From: Alphaproteobacteria bacterium
GTDB lineage: Bacteria; Myxococcota_A; UBA796; GCA-2862545
DNA: 64,000 bases
Assembly (NCBI GenBank): GCA_020632925.1
Contig: JACKER010000007.1
Location: forward strand, 52,910-116,909
Reading direction: 5' to 3'
A model generated the notes under the pieces. It was not told the DNA's origin. It saw only the letters and a program-made list of their open reading frames with translations, and ran no database searches. The position numbers and the translations under genes were made by a program. Shown piece after piece: positions 10,288 to 19,156 of this stretch (position 1 is the stretch's first letter; the number at the start of each line of letters is the position of its first letter).

Positions 10288-10905
10288 TCAGGCCTCCTGC
10301 ACGAAGTCCAGCAGCGGACGCCACTCCTCGCGCCAGGACACGAGCTTGTGCGAGGGGTCGTCGAACAGGGAGCTGCCGACCTCCGCGAGGTTCGCGTACG
10401 TCTGGGTGTCGCGCAGGCGGGCGAGCGTCTGGACGGGCAGGGTCTCGAGGAAGTCCTCCAGCCGCTTCGACGCGCGGGTGCGCGCCCGGTACCGGTTGGC
10501 GACGACGCCGATCGGGCGCTTGTTCTTGCGGATCACCTTGAACTCGCTCACGAGGTCGACGAACCGCTGGGTGCCCGCCTCGTCGAAGACGGAGGCCTGG
10601 ACCGGGACCACGATCGCGTCGGCGGCCTTCACGAGCTCCTCGAGGTCCTTCTTCCGCAGGGCAGCGGGCACGTCGACCACGATCCGGTCGTACCCCTTGG
10701 GCTTCTCCCACCCCTTCGACAGGTCCAGCCCGTGGATCGTCGGGAGAGACGCCGGGCGCCGCTCCAGCCACGCGAGCGCGGACTGCTGCTTGTCGAGATC
10801 GGCGAGCGCGGTCCGGTCCCCGAGGTGAGCGAACCACGCGGCCAGGTGCGTGGACACCGTCGTCTTGCCCACGCCTCCCTTCACGTTGGCCACCATCACC
10901 ACCAT
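10288..10905 (-). CDS. ParA/MinD-family P-loop ATPase; an orphan small ParA.
   Basis: Deviant Walker A motif VANVKGGVGKTT. The 205-aa length and overall architecture are typical of small ParA-like ATPases. Confidence 0.8.
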   Translation of the reverse strand: MVVMVANVKGGVGKTTVSTHLAAWFAHLGDRTALADLDKQQSALAWLERRPASLPTIHGLDLSKGWEKPKGYDRIVVDVPAALRKKDLEELVKAADAIVVPVQASVFDEAGTQRFVDLVSEFKVIRKNKRPIGVVANRYRARTRASKRLEDFLETLPVQTLARLRDTQTYANLAEVGSSLFDDPSHKLVSWREEWRPLLDFVQEA

Positions 10906-10979
10906 CGGCGCCTCCCAGGTCGGACCACGGTCCTACCGCGCGGGTCGCGCGCGCGCTCCCGTACGAGCGAGGAGAGATC

Positions 10980-11846
10980 ATGATCGTCGCCTGGATCGCC
11001 AGCGCCCTGGCCGCTCCGCCCGAGGGGGTCGACCCCGACGACGTCTTCCACTGGGAGGCCGGGAGCCGCGCCCTGCTCGACGGACCTCCCGGGTGCTGGG
11101 AGCTGTCGGGCCAGCTCGATCTCACGCTCTCGGGCTACGTCCCCGCCTCCCGCTGGACGCGTCCCGAGCGGCGGGACCACAAGATGCACGGCACGTTCTC
11201 CGGTCGGATCGACGGCGGCACGTGGACCTCGTTCACCTACGAGCTGGACGACGGCGAGGACGACATGACCGTCCCGCTGTTCCCCATGACCGGCCGCATC
11301 TCGCCCGACGTCGTGAAGCGCCTCGACGAGCCGTCCGAGAGCACGCTGCAGATCTCGAGCGACGGAAATGGGGAGGAGGAGGCGGTGAACACGCTCCGCC
11401 GGACGCTGGACGCGATCGATCCGGAGACCGAGACCGCCTACGCCGAGTGGTCCGACGGCAAGGGCGCCGTGCGCCTGCTGCAGGACATCCCGTTCGAGGG
11501 GAGCGGCCGGGACACCGTCGTCGTCGAGACGCTCTTCCCCAACGGGGGGCCGGCCACGAGCCTGGACGTGACGTTCCCCCGACGCGTGAAGGTGGGCGAC
11601 GCGCTGCTCAAGGTCACCGTGTTCGACGGCCAGATGCACCTGCGCGGTCAGCAGGTCGGGGACCTGGTGATGCCGGCGCTCGAGAGCCTGTCCGTGGGCA
11701 TGGGGGCGCTGGGGCTCACGGGCGCCTGGGAGCAGAAGCTGACCTACCAGAAGGCCCAGCGCTGCGCGGCGTCCGCGGCGCCGGCACCCGCTTCCGCGCC
11801 GGAGACGCCTCCGCCGCCGGCACCCGAGCACACGGATCCAGGGTAG
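10980..11846 (+). CDS. Secreted hypothetical protein with a Pro-rich C-terminus; paralog of the 46164..47060 gene.
   Basis: Signal-like N-terminus MIVAWIASALAAPP. Conserved blocks (PPGCWELSGQ..., AYAEWSDGKGAVRLL..., LDVTFPRRVK..., QKLTYQKAQRC) are shared with the 46164..47060 protein, and both end in a PAPAPE-type Pro-rich tail. Confidence 0.65.
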   Translation: MIVAWIASALAAPPEGVDPDDVFHWEAGSRALLDGPPGCWELSGQLDLTLSGYVPASRWTRPERRDHKMHGTFSGRIDGGTWTSFTYELDDGEDDMTVPLFPMTGRISPDVVKRLDEPSESTLQISSDGNGEEEAVNTLRRTLDAIDPETETAYAEWSDGKGAVRLLQDIPFEGSGRDTVVVETLFPNGGPATSLDVTFPRRVKVGDALLKVTVFDGQMHLRGQQVGDLVMPALESLSVGMGALGLTGAWEQKLTYQKAQRCAASAAPAPASAPETPPPPAPEHTDPG

Positions 11847-11855
11847 GGAGCCCGT

Positions 11856-12821
11856 ATGCTCCTGTTCTCCCTCATCGGTTGTGGTGCGGGTGCGTCGCCC
11901 GCGGTGATGCCTCGCGCGGAGGCGCCCCGGGACTTCTGGTCCCACTGGGGTGACGGCAAGGCCGAGCTCGACGGATACGCGTACACCGCCCGACGCTACG
12001 GCGAGCTGCGGACCGGCGAGGAGATCCAGGTCTGGGTGACGGAGGACTTCACCGCCGGCCAGCTGGTGAAGTCGAACGGCGGGCACGGCGACGAGTTCCC
12101 CGTGCTCAAGCTCAACGACATCCGGCGCTTCCAGACCGGCATCTACGACTACCACCTGCTGCAGAGCGTGTTCGTCCGGGCGGACGGCAAGCAGGCGCTC
12201 GGGCTGCCGGTCAAGGAGGTGCTGTCGGTGGACGAGTGGTGCGGGGCGGCGTTCGAGGAGCTCGTCGTCCGTGACGGTGTGGTCCACGGCGTCGGCCACA
12301 GCTACTTCGACGGCGAGGGGGACCGCTCCTGGGAGGACGAGCGGGTGCCCGCGATGGGCGTGATGGCGGACGCCCTGCCCTACCTCGCGCGCGGCCTGCT
12401 GGGCGATCCGGTCGCGCCGGGCGCGTCGGTGGCCGTGCAGCTCCGGCACTCGCAGATCGATCAGCGCCTGGCACACCGCGAGCCCGCCTGGGTCCCGGCG
12501 ACGCTGTCCCGGGCCGCCGAGGTGGAGTCCGTCGAGGTGCCCGCGGGCACCTTCGAGGTCCGGCGCTTCGAGGTGACCACGGACGACCCGGCGTGCGGCA
12601 CGGCCAGCGGCATCGCAGCGGACGGCACGACCTGCAAGGCGACCTGGTGGGTGGAGGAGGCGGCGCCCCACCGGATCGTGCGTTGGTCGCGCGACAACGG
12701 GGAGGACGCCGTGCTCACGGGCTCGTTCCGCGGCGCCTACTGGTCGATGCACGGTGAGGGGCAGGAGGAGGCGCGGCGCCAGCTCGGCCTCGGCCTCCAC
12801 CCCTACGCGCCGGCTCCCTGA
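11856..12821 (+). CDS. Lipoprotein, hypothetical.
   Basis: Signal peptide plus lipobox LFSLIGCGAG. GC3 is high. No known domain. Lies 10 nt downstream of the preceding gene. Confidence 0.6.
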   Translation: MLLFSLIGCGAGASPAVMPRAEAPRDFWSHWGDGKAELDGYAYTARRYGELRTGEEIQVWVTEDFTAGQLVKSNGGHGDEFPVLKLNDIRRFQTGIYDYHLLQSVFVRADGKQALGLPVKEVLSVDEWCGAAFEELVVRDGVVHGVGHSYFDGEGDRSWEDERVPAMGVMADALPYLARGLLGDPVAPGASVAVQLRHSQIDQRLAHREPAWVPATLSRAAEVESVEVPAGTFEVRRFEVTTDDPACGTASGIAADGTTCKATWWVEEAAPHRIVRWSRDNGEDAVLTGSFRGAYWSMHGEGQEEARRQLGLGLHPYAPAP

Positions 12822-15800
12822 GCCTGGCGAACGGCGGCCAGCCGCGCGCGGATGGGGTGACCGGGGGGTAGCCCGGCACCACGGACCAGCTCCTCGGCGT
12901 GATCGAGCGCCCGACGCGCCTCCGGGCCCCCGCTCGCCAGCGCCACCACGCGCCACCCTTCCGCCGCTCGGACCAGGCACCCGGCGTCCTCCGCGCGGGC
13001 CGCGATCTCGCCCGCCAACGCGCGCGCCTGCTCGACCGCGCCCGACCCCGCGAAGAGCTCGGCCGCCTGCAGGCCGGCGTCGTCCCGGCCCATCCCCGGG
13101 ATCCGGGCCAGGCTCCTCCACGCGGACCCCAGGTCGGCGACATCGACCGCGACGCCGGCCCGGGAGCGCACCCAGGCCGCGAGGATGCGTGCCGAACACT
13201 CGCGGACGGGGTCGCCTTCGGACGCGAGCGCCACAACCTCCGTCCACTGGATCGCCGCGGCCGGATCGCCGTGTTCGACGAGCAGCTCCGCCATCAGGTG
13301 CGCCGAGGTACGGCGGTCCTCGTCGTCTCGCCGCTCGTCGTGGACCCCGCGCGTGAGCCTCATGGCCTCCGTCGTCGCCCCGCGCGCGCGGGCGATCCGC
13401 GCCTGGACCAGGCGTGCCTGGTGGAGGACGGCCACCCCGTTCGGCGCCAGGCGCAAGGCCTCTCCCGCGACGTGCTCGGCCTGCTCGAAGCGTGCGAGCT
13501 CCACCAGCGCGATGCCGAGGTTCGTCAGCGTCAGCGCGCGGGACTCGTCCAGCCCGAAATCCGCCTTCCACTGGGCCGCCTGCTCGAGCGGGGCGATCGC
13601 CTCCCGGGGACGGCCGAGGTCGACGAGCGTGATGGCCTCGTTCATCCAGAGCGCCGTGACGTGGATGGTGGGCTCGTTCCCGAACAGCCGCCGGGCCCGC
13701 GCGAACCCTTCGAGCGCCCGTTCGCTCTCGTGGAGGTACAGGTCGATCAGCGCGATGTTGGAGATGTCGGAAGCCACGCCGTAGTGGTCTCCCATCCGCC
13801 GGTTCGCGGCGGCGCTCTCCTCGAACCGCTCTCGGGCGAGGGCGTGCGCCCCCGTGAGCCACGCGACGGTCCCCGCGAGGGTCGCGACGCGTCCTGCCAG
13901 GAGCGGGTCGTCGATCCCGCGCGCCATCTCGACCGCTCGGAGGGCTTCCTTCTCCGCTTCCTCGCCGTGCCCCTGCTGAGCCAGCGTCACCGCCCGCTGC
14001 CCGGCCAGGCGGCAGACCCTGGAGCGGTCGCCGAGCCGCTCGCCCAGCGGGATGGCCTCGTCCAGCAACGTCCGGCGCCGCGCCCGTTCGCGCGCCAGCC
14101 CACACGCGATCACCGCGCCCTCGAGGGCGAGGAGGCGCTGCTCGTCCGTCAGCTCTCCGGCGAGCACCCGGTCCCAGAGCTCGACCAGGACGCGCGCAGG
14201 TCCGCGGCGGGTCAGGACGGCGGCGGCGGCGGTGGCACAGCTCACCGCGATCTCGCTCCGGCCCTGATCGACGGCCGCGCGGGTGGCGGCCATCAGGTTC
14301 GCGACCTCGAGGTGGTACCGGTCGTGGTGGCGGGGAGCGTCGATCGTCCGCAACAGCCGGAGCCGATCGGGGCTCCCCAGGGCGGCGAAGACCTCGCCGT
14401 GACGCCGGACGGCCGCGTCGAGCGCTCCGGGCGTGGCCTGGCGTCGGACCCACTCCTGGACCACGACGGACATCCGGAAGCGCTGGTGGGTCGGGTCGAG
14501 GCGGAGGACCGAGGCGTCCACCAGCGTCGCGAGGACGTCGATCGCCCAGGGCGCCTCCTCGTGATCGGCGAGGTCCAGCACCTGCTCGGCCATCTCGAGG
14601 GCCGCCCCACCCTCGAACACGGAGAGCTGCACCATCGCCGCGCGGCCCCAGGCGGGCAGCAGTCCCCAGGACACCGCGAGGGAGGCCGCGAGGCTCCGCT
14701 GGCGCTCGGGACGGTCGCGCTCACCGCCCGCCAGCAGGTCCAGGCGGTCGCGCAGGCGCTCGAGCAGGACGGGAGGCGGCAGCAGGCGGGTTCGCGCGGC
14801 GGCGAGCTCCAGGGCCAGGGGCATCCGCTCGAGCGCGTCCACCAGCGCACCGAGAACGCCGTCGTCCACGGGGACGCCGTGGGCCCGCGCCGCGAACAGC
14901 GCGAGGGCGTCCGCGTGGTCCAGCGGCTCCACCTCGAGCTGCTGCTCGCCACGCAGGCGCAGGGAGACCCGCGTGGTGCACAGGAAGGTGGCGGAGGGTG
15001 CGGTCGCGAGCCAGCGCCCGAGCGTCTCGGGGAGCGCGTGGACCACCTGCTCGAGGTTGTCGAGCACGACGAGGACGGCGCCCCGCGCCCGGAGCGCCTG
15101 ACCCACCTGCTCGGTCGGATCGGTGCCCACCATCGGGATCGAGAGCGCGGCCGCGGTGCGCGCGGTGACCGCGTCGGCATCGCGGGCGTCCGACAGGTCC
15201 ACGAACCAGCGCTCCGCGAAGCGTCCCGCGAGCTGTGCCGCGCGCAGCGCCAGTCGCGTCTTCCCGCTCCCTCCGGGCCCCTTGAGCACCACGAGCCGCT
15301 GGTCGCGCAACAGCGCCGCCAGCGCGTCGAGCTCCCGCACCCGACCGACGAAGGAGCTCCGATCGGGCTCGAGGTTGCCGCCGAACGGGTCGAGCGTCCG
15401 GTCGAGCGAGCCGACGGAGGGCGCGCTCGGCGTGATCGGGCCGTCGAACGTGTCGGAGGAGGAGCCCTCCAGCAGGTCGAGCAGGCTCCGGCTCTCCGCG
15501 TGGCGCGGGCGCAGCTCGGCCAGGGCCTGACGCAGGGCGGCGGCGGAGGACCAGCGCTCCGACGGCGCCTGGCGGAGGCAGCGGGCGACCAGCTCGCCGA
15601 GCCCCGGCACCGCCTGCTCGACGGGATCCAACAGCCCCTCCGCCACGTGACGGTCGGCCTCCAGCACCCGGAAGAGCGCGGGCGCCCCGGTCCCGAACGG
15701 CGGGACACCGGTCGCGAGGTGGGCGAGGGTGGCACCGAGCGCGAACAGGTCGGCCTTGGCGTTCTCCCGGCCGTCGACCTGCTCCTCGGGCATGTACCCG

Positions 15801-16441
15801 GCCGTGCCCGCGGGCGCGTCACGCGTGGCCTGGAGACGCGCCACGCCGAGGTCCGCGATCTTGACCAGCCCGCTGCGGTCCAGGAGCAGGTTGCTGGGCT
15901 TGATGTCGCGGTGGACCATCCCTCCGGCGTCGCCCGCCCGCTGGCCGTGGAGGTGGGCGAGCCCGGCGCAGACCTGCAGCCCGACCTCGACGATCGCCAG
16001 GGGGGGCAGGGGACCGCGCTCTCGTAGCAGGCGAGCGAGCGAGACCCCGTCGCAGAGCTCCATGGCCACGTACCAGCGGCCGTCCACCTCCCCGAGGTCG
16101 TGGATCCCCACGATGTTCGGGTGCTGGAGCATCCCGCCGAGGCGGGCCTCGCGGATCAGGCTGCCGCGGTCGAGCTCGGGATCGCCGCGCAGGACCTTGA
16201 GGGCGACGGGCTTGCGGAACCCCTCGGGCCCCACGAGCCAGGCCTGCCACACCTCGCCGGTGCCGCCCACGCCGAGCCGTCGGAGGATCTCGTAGCGGCC
16301 GAAACGGTCGTTGGGCTGGAGCGGCGCCTGCGGCACGCGCCATCCTACCGCTGGTGGGGCGGGCGTGCGCCGGTCGTGGTACACCGGCGGGATGCGTGCG
16401 TTCCTCGCTCGATCCGCCGGCCTGACCGCGGTCGTCACCAC
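12803..16441 (-). CDS. Ser/Thr protein kinase fused to a STAND-type P-loop NTPase and TPR repeats.
   Basis: Kinase subdomains: G-loop LGVGGTGEVWQA, VALKVL, HRDIKPSNLL, DLGVA and GTAGYMPEE. P-loop LVVLKGPGGSGKTRLA is at about nt 15270. The remainder is long, helical and TPR-like. The start may be GTG at 16441 or GTG at 16336. Confidence 0.9.
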   Translation of the reverse strand: MVTTAVRPADRARNARIPPVYHDRRTPAPPAVGWRVPQAPLQPNDRFGRYEILRRLGVGGTGEVWQAWLVGPEGFRKPVALKVLRGDPELDRGSLIREARLGGMLQHPNIVGIHDLGEVDGRWYVAMELCDGVSLARLLRERGPLPPLAIVEVGLQVCAGLAHLHGQRAGDAGGMVHRDIKPSNLLLDRSGLVKIADLGVARLQATRDAPAGTAGYMPEEQVDGRENAKADLFALGATLAHLATGVPPFGTGAPALFRVLEADRHVAEGLLDPVEQAVPGLGELVARCLRQAPSERWSSAAALRQALAELRPRHAESRSLLDLLEGSSSDTFDGPITPSAPSVGSLDRTLDPFGGNLEPDRSSFVGRVRELDALAALLRDQRLVVLKGPGGSGKTRLALRAAQLAGRFAERWFVDLSDARDADAVTARTAAALSIPMVGTDPTEQVGQALRARGAVLVVLDNLEQVVHALPETLGRWLATAPSATFLCTTRVSLRLRGEQQLEVEPLDHADALALFAARAHGVPVDDGVLGALVDALERMPLALELAAARTRLLPPPVLLERLRDRLDLLAGGERDRPERQRSLAASLAVSWGLLPAWGRAAMVQLSVFEGGAALEMAEQVLDLADHEEAPWAIDVLATLVDASVLRLDPTHQRFRMSVVVQEWVRRQATPGALDAAVRRHGEVFAALGSPDRLRLLRTIDAPRHHDRYHLEVANLMAATRAAVDQGRSEIAVSCATAAAAVLTRRGPARVLVELWDRVLAGELTDEQRLLALEGAVIACGLARERARRRTLLDEAIPLGERLGDRSRVCRLAGQRAVTLAQQGHGEEAEKEALRAVEMARGIDDPLLAGRVATLAGTVAWLTGAHALARERFEESAAANRRMGDHYGVASDISNIALIDLYLHESERALEGFARARRLFGNEPTIHVTALWMNEAITLVDLGRPREAIAPLEQAAQWKADFGLDESRALTLTNLGIALVELARFEQAEHVAGEALRLAPNGVAVLHQARLVQARIARARGATTEAMRLTRGVHDERRDDEDRRTSAHLMAELLVEHGDPAAAIQWTEVVALASEGDPVRECSARILAAWVRSRAGVAVDVADLGSAWRSLARIPGMGRDDAGLQAAELFAGSGAVEQARALAGEIAARAEDAGCLVRAAEGWRVVALASGGPEARRALDHAEELVRGAGLPPGHPIRARLAAVRQAQGAGA

Positions 16442-18374
16442 GCTGCTCGTGGAGACGGGCTGCGGTCGGCTGTCCCAGGAGCCCTGGTGGTTCTCGGAGC
16501 TGGTGCCGGACTCGCCCTGCTACCGGGTCGACCTGATGGACGGCGTCGACGAGGCCTCGACGACCGAGCTGCACGACCTCTACGACTGCCTCGATCAGGG
16601 CGGGATGCTGGCGTCGCTGCAGCCGCTCGACACCGACCTCGACTTCGACACGCGCAGCGGTGACCCCATCGGCATCGAGCTCGCCCGGGTCCTCAACCAC
16701 CTCCCCGAGGTGGACATCGACCCCTTCGCCATCGGCGGCGTGCTGCTCGACGCGCTGAACGCTCCCGACCGCCCCGTGGACGAGCTGCTCGACACCGCGA
16801 CCGAGGCGATCTACGGCTGGCGGACCGCCGAGGTCCGCGACCAGTCCCTCCAGCGCGACGACCCCGTGGCGCTGCAGGCGGGGCTGCTGGCGCCGCTGCG
16901 ACCGGTCCTCCCCGTGGCCGCCACCGCGCTGCTCGCGGACGGTACGGGGGCGCTCGACCTCGCAGGCGACACGCTCGCGGACCCGGAGGCCGGCGAGTGG
17001 CTGCTCACGGTCTCGTCCGTGCTCTCCTCCGAGGAGCCCGCGATCCGTCAGCCGCTCGATCCGCTGCTGGCCGACCTCGGCGTGATGGTGCGGGAGACGC
17101 GGACCCCCGGCAACGACCGGTGGGAGGCGGCGTCCGGGGACAGCCTCCGCGACGTGGCGGACTTCTTCGTGGTCCGCGACAACCCCGTGGTGGACGAGAT
17201 CTCGCCCGCGGTCGCCGACATGCTCGGGGACGACGTGGTCCTCGACGCGCTGGTCCCGATGATCGACGAGCTGGCGGCGGGGGACCACCTCGTGCCGCTG
17301 CCGCCCGAGATCGGCTGGCTCGCGTCGGTCGACACCGACGGCTCCCCACTGACGCCCGCGGAGCTGTCCGCGCTCACGCGCTTCGTCCGCCTGCTCGCCG
17401 ACAACAACCACGAGGTGGACTGCCAGATCCTGTTCTTCCGCTGGCAGCTGCCGAACCTCGCGGTGAGCACGTTGGAGCTCATCGCGGACATGGAGCCCGG
17501 CGAGGTGGTCGACCTGGCGTCGGTGATCGAGTCGTTGACCGGAAACTTCGTCGGAGAGCTGGCGTTCGAGGCTGCCATCGCGACCTGCCCCACCATCTCG
17601 CCCACGGCGTACGACGACCTGCAGGTGCTCGAGACGATCCAGATGCCCGAGTCCGAGGACGTGCTGGTGGCCTTCGTCGCGCTGCTGCAGGTCCTCAAGC
17701 ACGGCCAGCAGGACCACATCCCGGCGTTCGCCGACATGGCGGAGGCGCTGTACGACGCGGGCGGGCTGGAGCCGGGCGAGGAGCTGATCCGCGACATCGC
17801 GCGCGAGAAGGCGTTGACGGACGTGCTGACCGTGCTGCCGGTGCTGGTCCACCCCGAGGAGCACGGCATCACGGCGGGGGGCGCGCCGGCCAACGATCTG
17901 GCGGACCTGCTCGGCATCGTGCGCTGGGCCTTCGTGGTCGATCCCGAGACGGGCCTGACCGGCTTCCAGCGGACGCGGCCCTGGATGGCGCCGGTGCTCG
18001 GTGAGGACGGCACCTGGGTCACCATCGGGAACCTCGCGCGGACGCTGGACACGCCGGGGACGCAGCTGTCGCGCTCGCTGGACCTGATCCCCGTGCTGGT
18101 GGACCTCGACCCGGACCTCGTGCTGCTCGACCAGATCGCCACGGTGCTGCACGACGAGGAGCTGTCGCTGCCCCTCCTCCGGCTGCTCGAGCGCGACGAG
18201 CTCATCGACGACGCGCTCGCCGACCAACCGCCGCCCGACGCGATCGACGAGGTGCCGCTGGCCTTCGGTGGGCGGCTGCTGCTGACCGGCGCCCTCGAGG
18301 ACGTGCTGCGCCTCGTGGACCTGGTGATCGGCTCCATCCCCGGCTCCACGACCTCGAGCACGGGCGGACCGTGA
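16392..18374 (+). CDS. Acidic (D/E/L-rich) hypothetical protein, probably secreted.
   Basis: ATG at 16392 gives MRAFLARSAGLTAVVTTLLVETGCG, which is signal-like. GC3 is strong over 2 kb. The stop overlaps the next gene start in a GTGA arrangement. The 5' end overlaps the divergent kinase 5' end, so start assignment is uncertain. Confidence 0.6.
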   Translation: MRAFLARSAGLTAVVTTLLVETGCGRLSQEPWWFSELVPDSPCYRVDLMDGVDEASTTELHDLYDCLDQGGMLASLQPLDTDLDFDTRSGDPIGIELARVLNHLPEVDIDPFAIGGVLLDALNAPDRPVDELLDTATEAIYGWRTAEVRDQSLQRDDPVALQAGLLAPLRPVLPVAATALLADGTGALDLAGDTLADPEAGEWLLTVSSVLSSEEPAIRQPLDPLLADLGVMVRETRTPGNDRWEAASGDSLRDVADFFVVRDNPVVDEISPAVADMLGDDVVLDALVPMIDELAAGDHLVPLPPEIGWLASVDTDGSPLTPAELSALTRFVRLLADNNHEVDCQILFFRWQLPNLAVSTLELIADMEPGEVVDLASVIESLTGNFVGELAFEAAIATCPTISPTAYDDLQVLETIQMPESEDVLVAFVALLQVLKHGQQDHIPAFADMAEALYDAGGLEPGEELIRDIAREKALTDVLTVLPVLVHPEEHGITAGGAPANDLADLLGIVRWAFVVDPETGLTGFQRTRPWMAPVLGEDGTWVTIGNLARTLDTPGTQLSRSLDLIPVLVDLDPDLVLLDQIATVLHDEELSLPLLRLLERDELIDDALADQPPPDAIDEVPLAFGGRLLLTGALEDVLRLVDLVIGSIPGSTTSSTGGP

Positions 18375-19156
18375 ACGCGCTGGAGGGCTGGGAGCGGCGC
18401 GACTTCGCGCACGAGGGGGCGTCCCGCGAGGTCTACGTGCGCGGGGAGGGCCCCGCGGTGGTCGTGATGCACGAGGTCCCCAACCTCCACCCGGGCGTGA
18501 TCCGCTTCGGGCAGCGGCTGGTGGACGAGGGCTTCCGCGTGTGGATGCCGTCGCTGATGGGCGTACCGGGGCGCCCGGTCTCGGTGCGCACGTCCCTGCG
18601 CTCGATCGGGCGGGCCTGCGTCTCGCGCGAGTTCGCCACCTGGGCGCTCGGGCGGACGAGCCCGATCACCGTCTGGCTGCGGGCGCTCGCGCGGCACGCG
18701 GGGGAAGGGCGGCCGGTGGGCGCCATCGGGATGTGCCTGACCGGTGGGTTCGCGCTGGCGATGGCGGTCGACGACGTGCTGGCCGCCCCCGTGCTCTCGC
18801 AACCGTCCGTCCCGTTCGCGCTCAGCCCGTGGCACGCACGTGACCTGGGCGTCAGTGACGAGGACCTGGGGACGTTGCGGCGCCGCTGCGCGGACGAAGG
18901 GCTGTGCGTGCTCGGGCTGCGGTTCTCCATGGACGCGATGGCGCCCGGCGCTCGGTTCCGTCGCTTGCGAGAGGAGCTGGGGGACGCGTTCCTCGCGGTC
19001 GAGATCGATTCGTCGCTCGGCAACCCGCACGGCATCCCGCCCTGGCACCACTCGGTGCTCGCCCACCACTACGTCGATCGGCCGGACCACCCGACGCGCC
19101 AGGCCGAGGACCGCGTCGTGGCCTTCTTCCGCGAGCGCCTCACGGCAGATCGCTGA
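18371..19156 (+). CDS. Dienelactone hydrolase family protein (Cys nucleophile).
   Basis: VVVMHEVPNLHPGVIRFGQRLVDEGFRVWMPSL and nucleophile motif GMCLTGGFAL. GTG start overlaps the upstream stop (GTGA). Confidence 0.8.
   Translation: MNALEGWERRDFAHEGASREVYVRGEGPAVVVMHEVPNLHPGVIRFGQRLVDEGFRVWMPSLMGVPGRPVSVRTSLRSIGRACVSREFATWALGRTSPITVWLRALARHAGEGRPVGAIGMCLTGGFALAMAVDDVLAAPVLSQPSVPFALSPWHARDLGVSDEDLGTLRRRCADEGLCVLGLRFSMDAMAPGARFRRLREELGDAFLAVEIDSSLGNPHGIPPWHHSVLAHHYVDRPDHPTRQAEDRVVAFFRERLTADR

Noticed and set aside
8729-11125. 798-aa minus-strand ORF and 9326..10285 N-terminal extension.
   Set aside because: The 798-aa ORF overlaps the validated dNK, ParA and hypothetical genes in other frames. 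It is low complexity with no domain. I kept only the portion with independent evidence.
12899-16027. 1042-aa + strand ORF and 14293..15822 - ORF.
   Set aside because: These are antisense or alternate frames of the STAND kinase. Their translations are Arg/Gly/Pro junk, while the kinase frame has full catalytic motifs.
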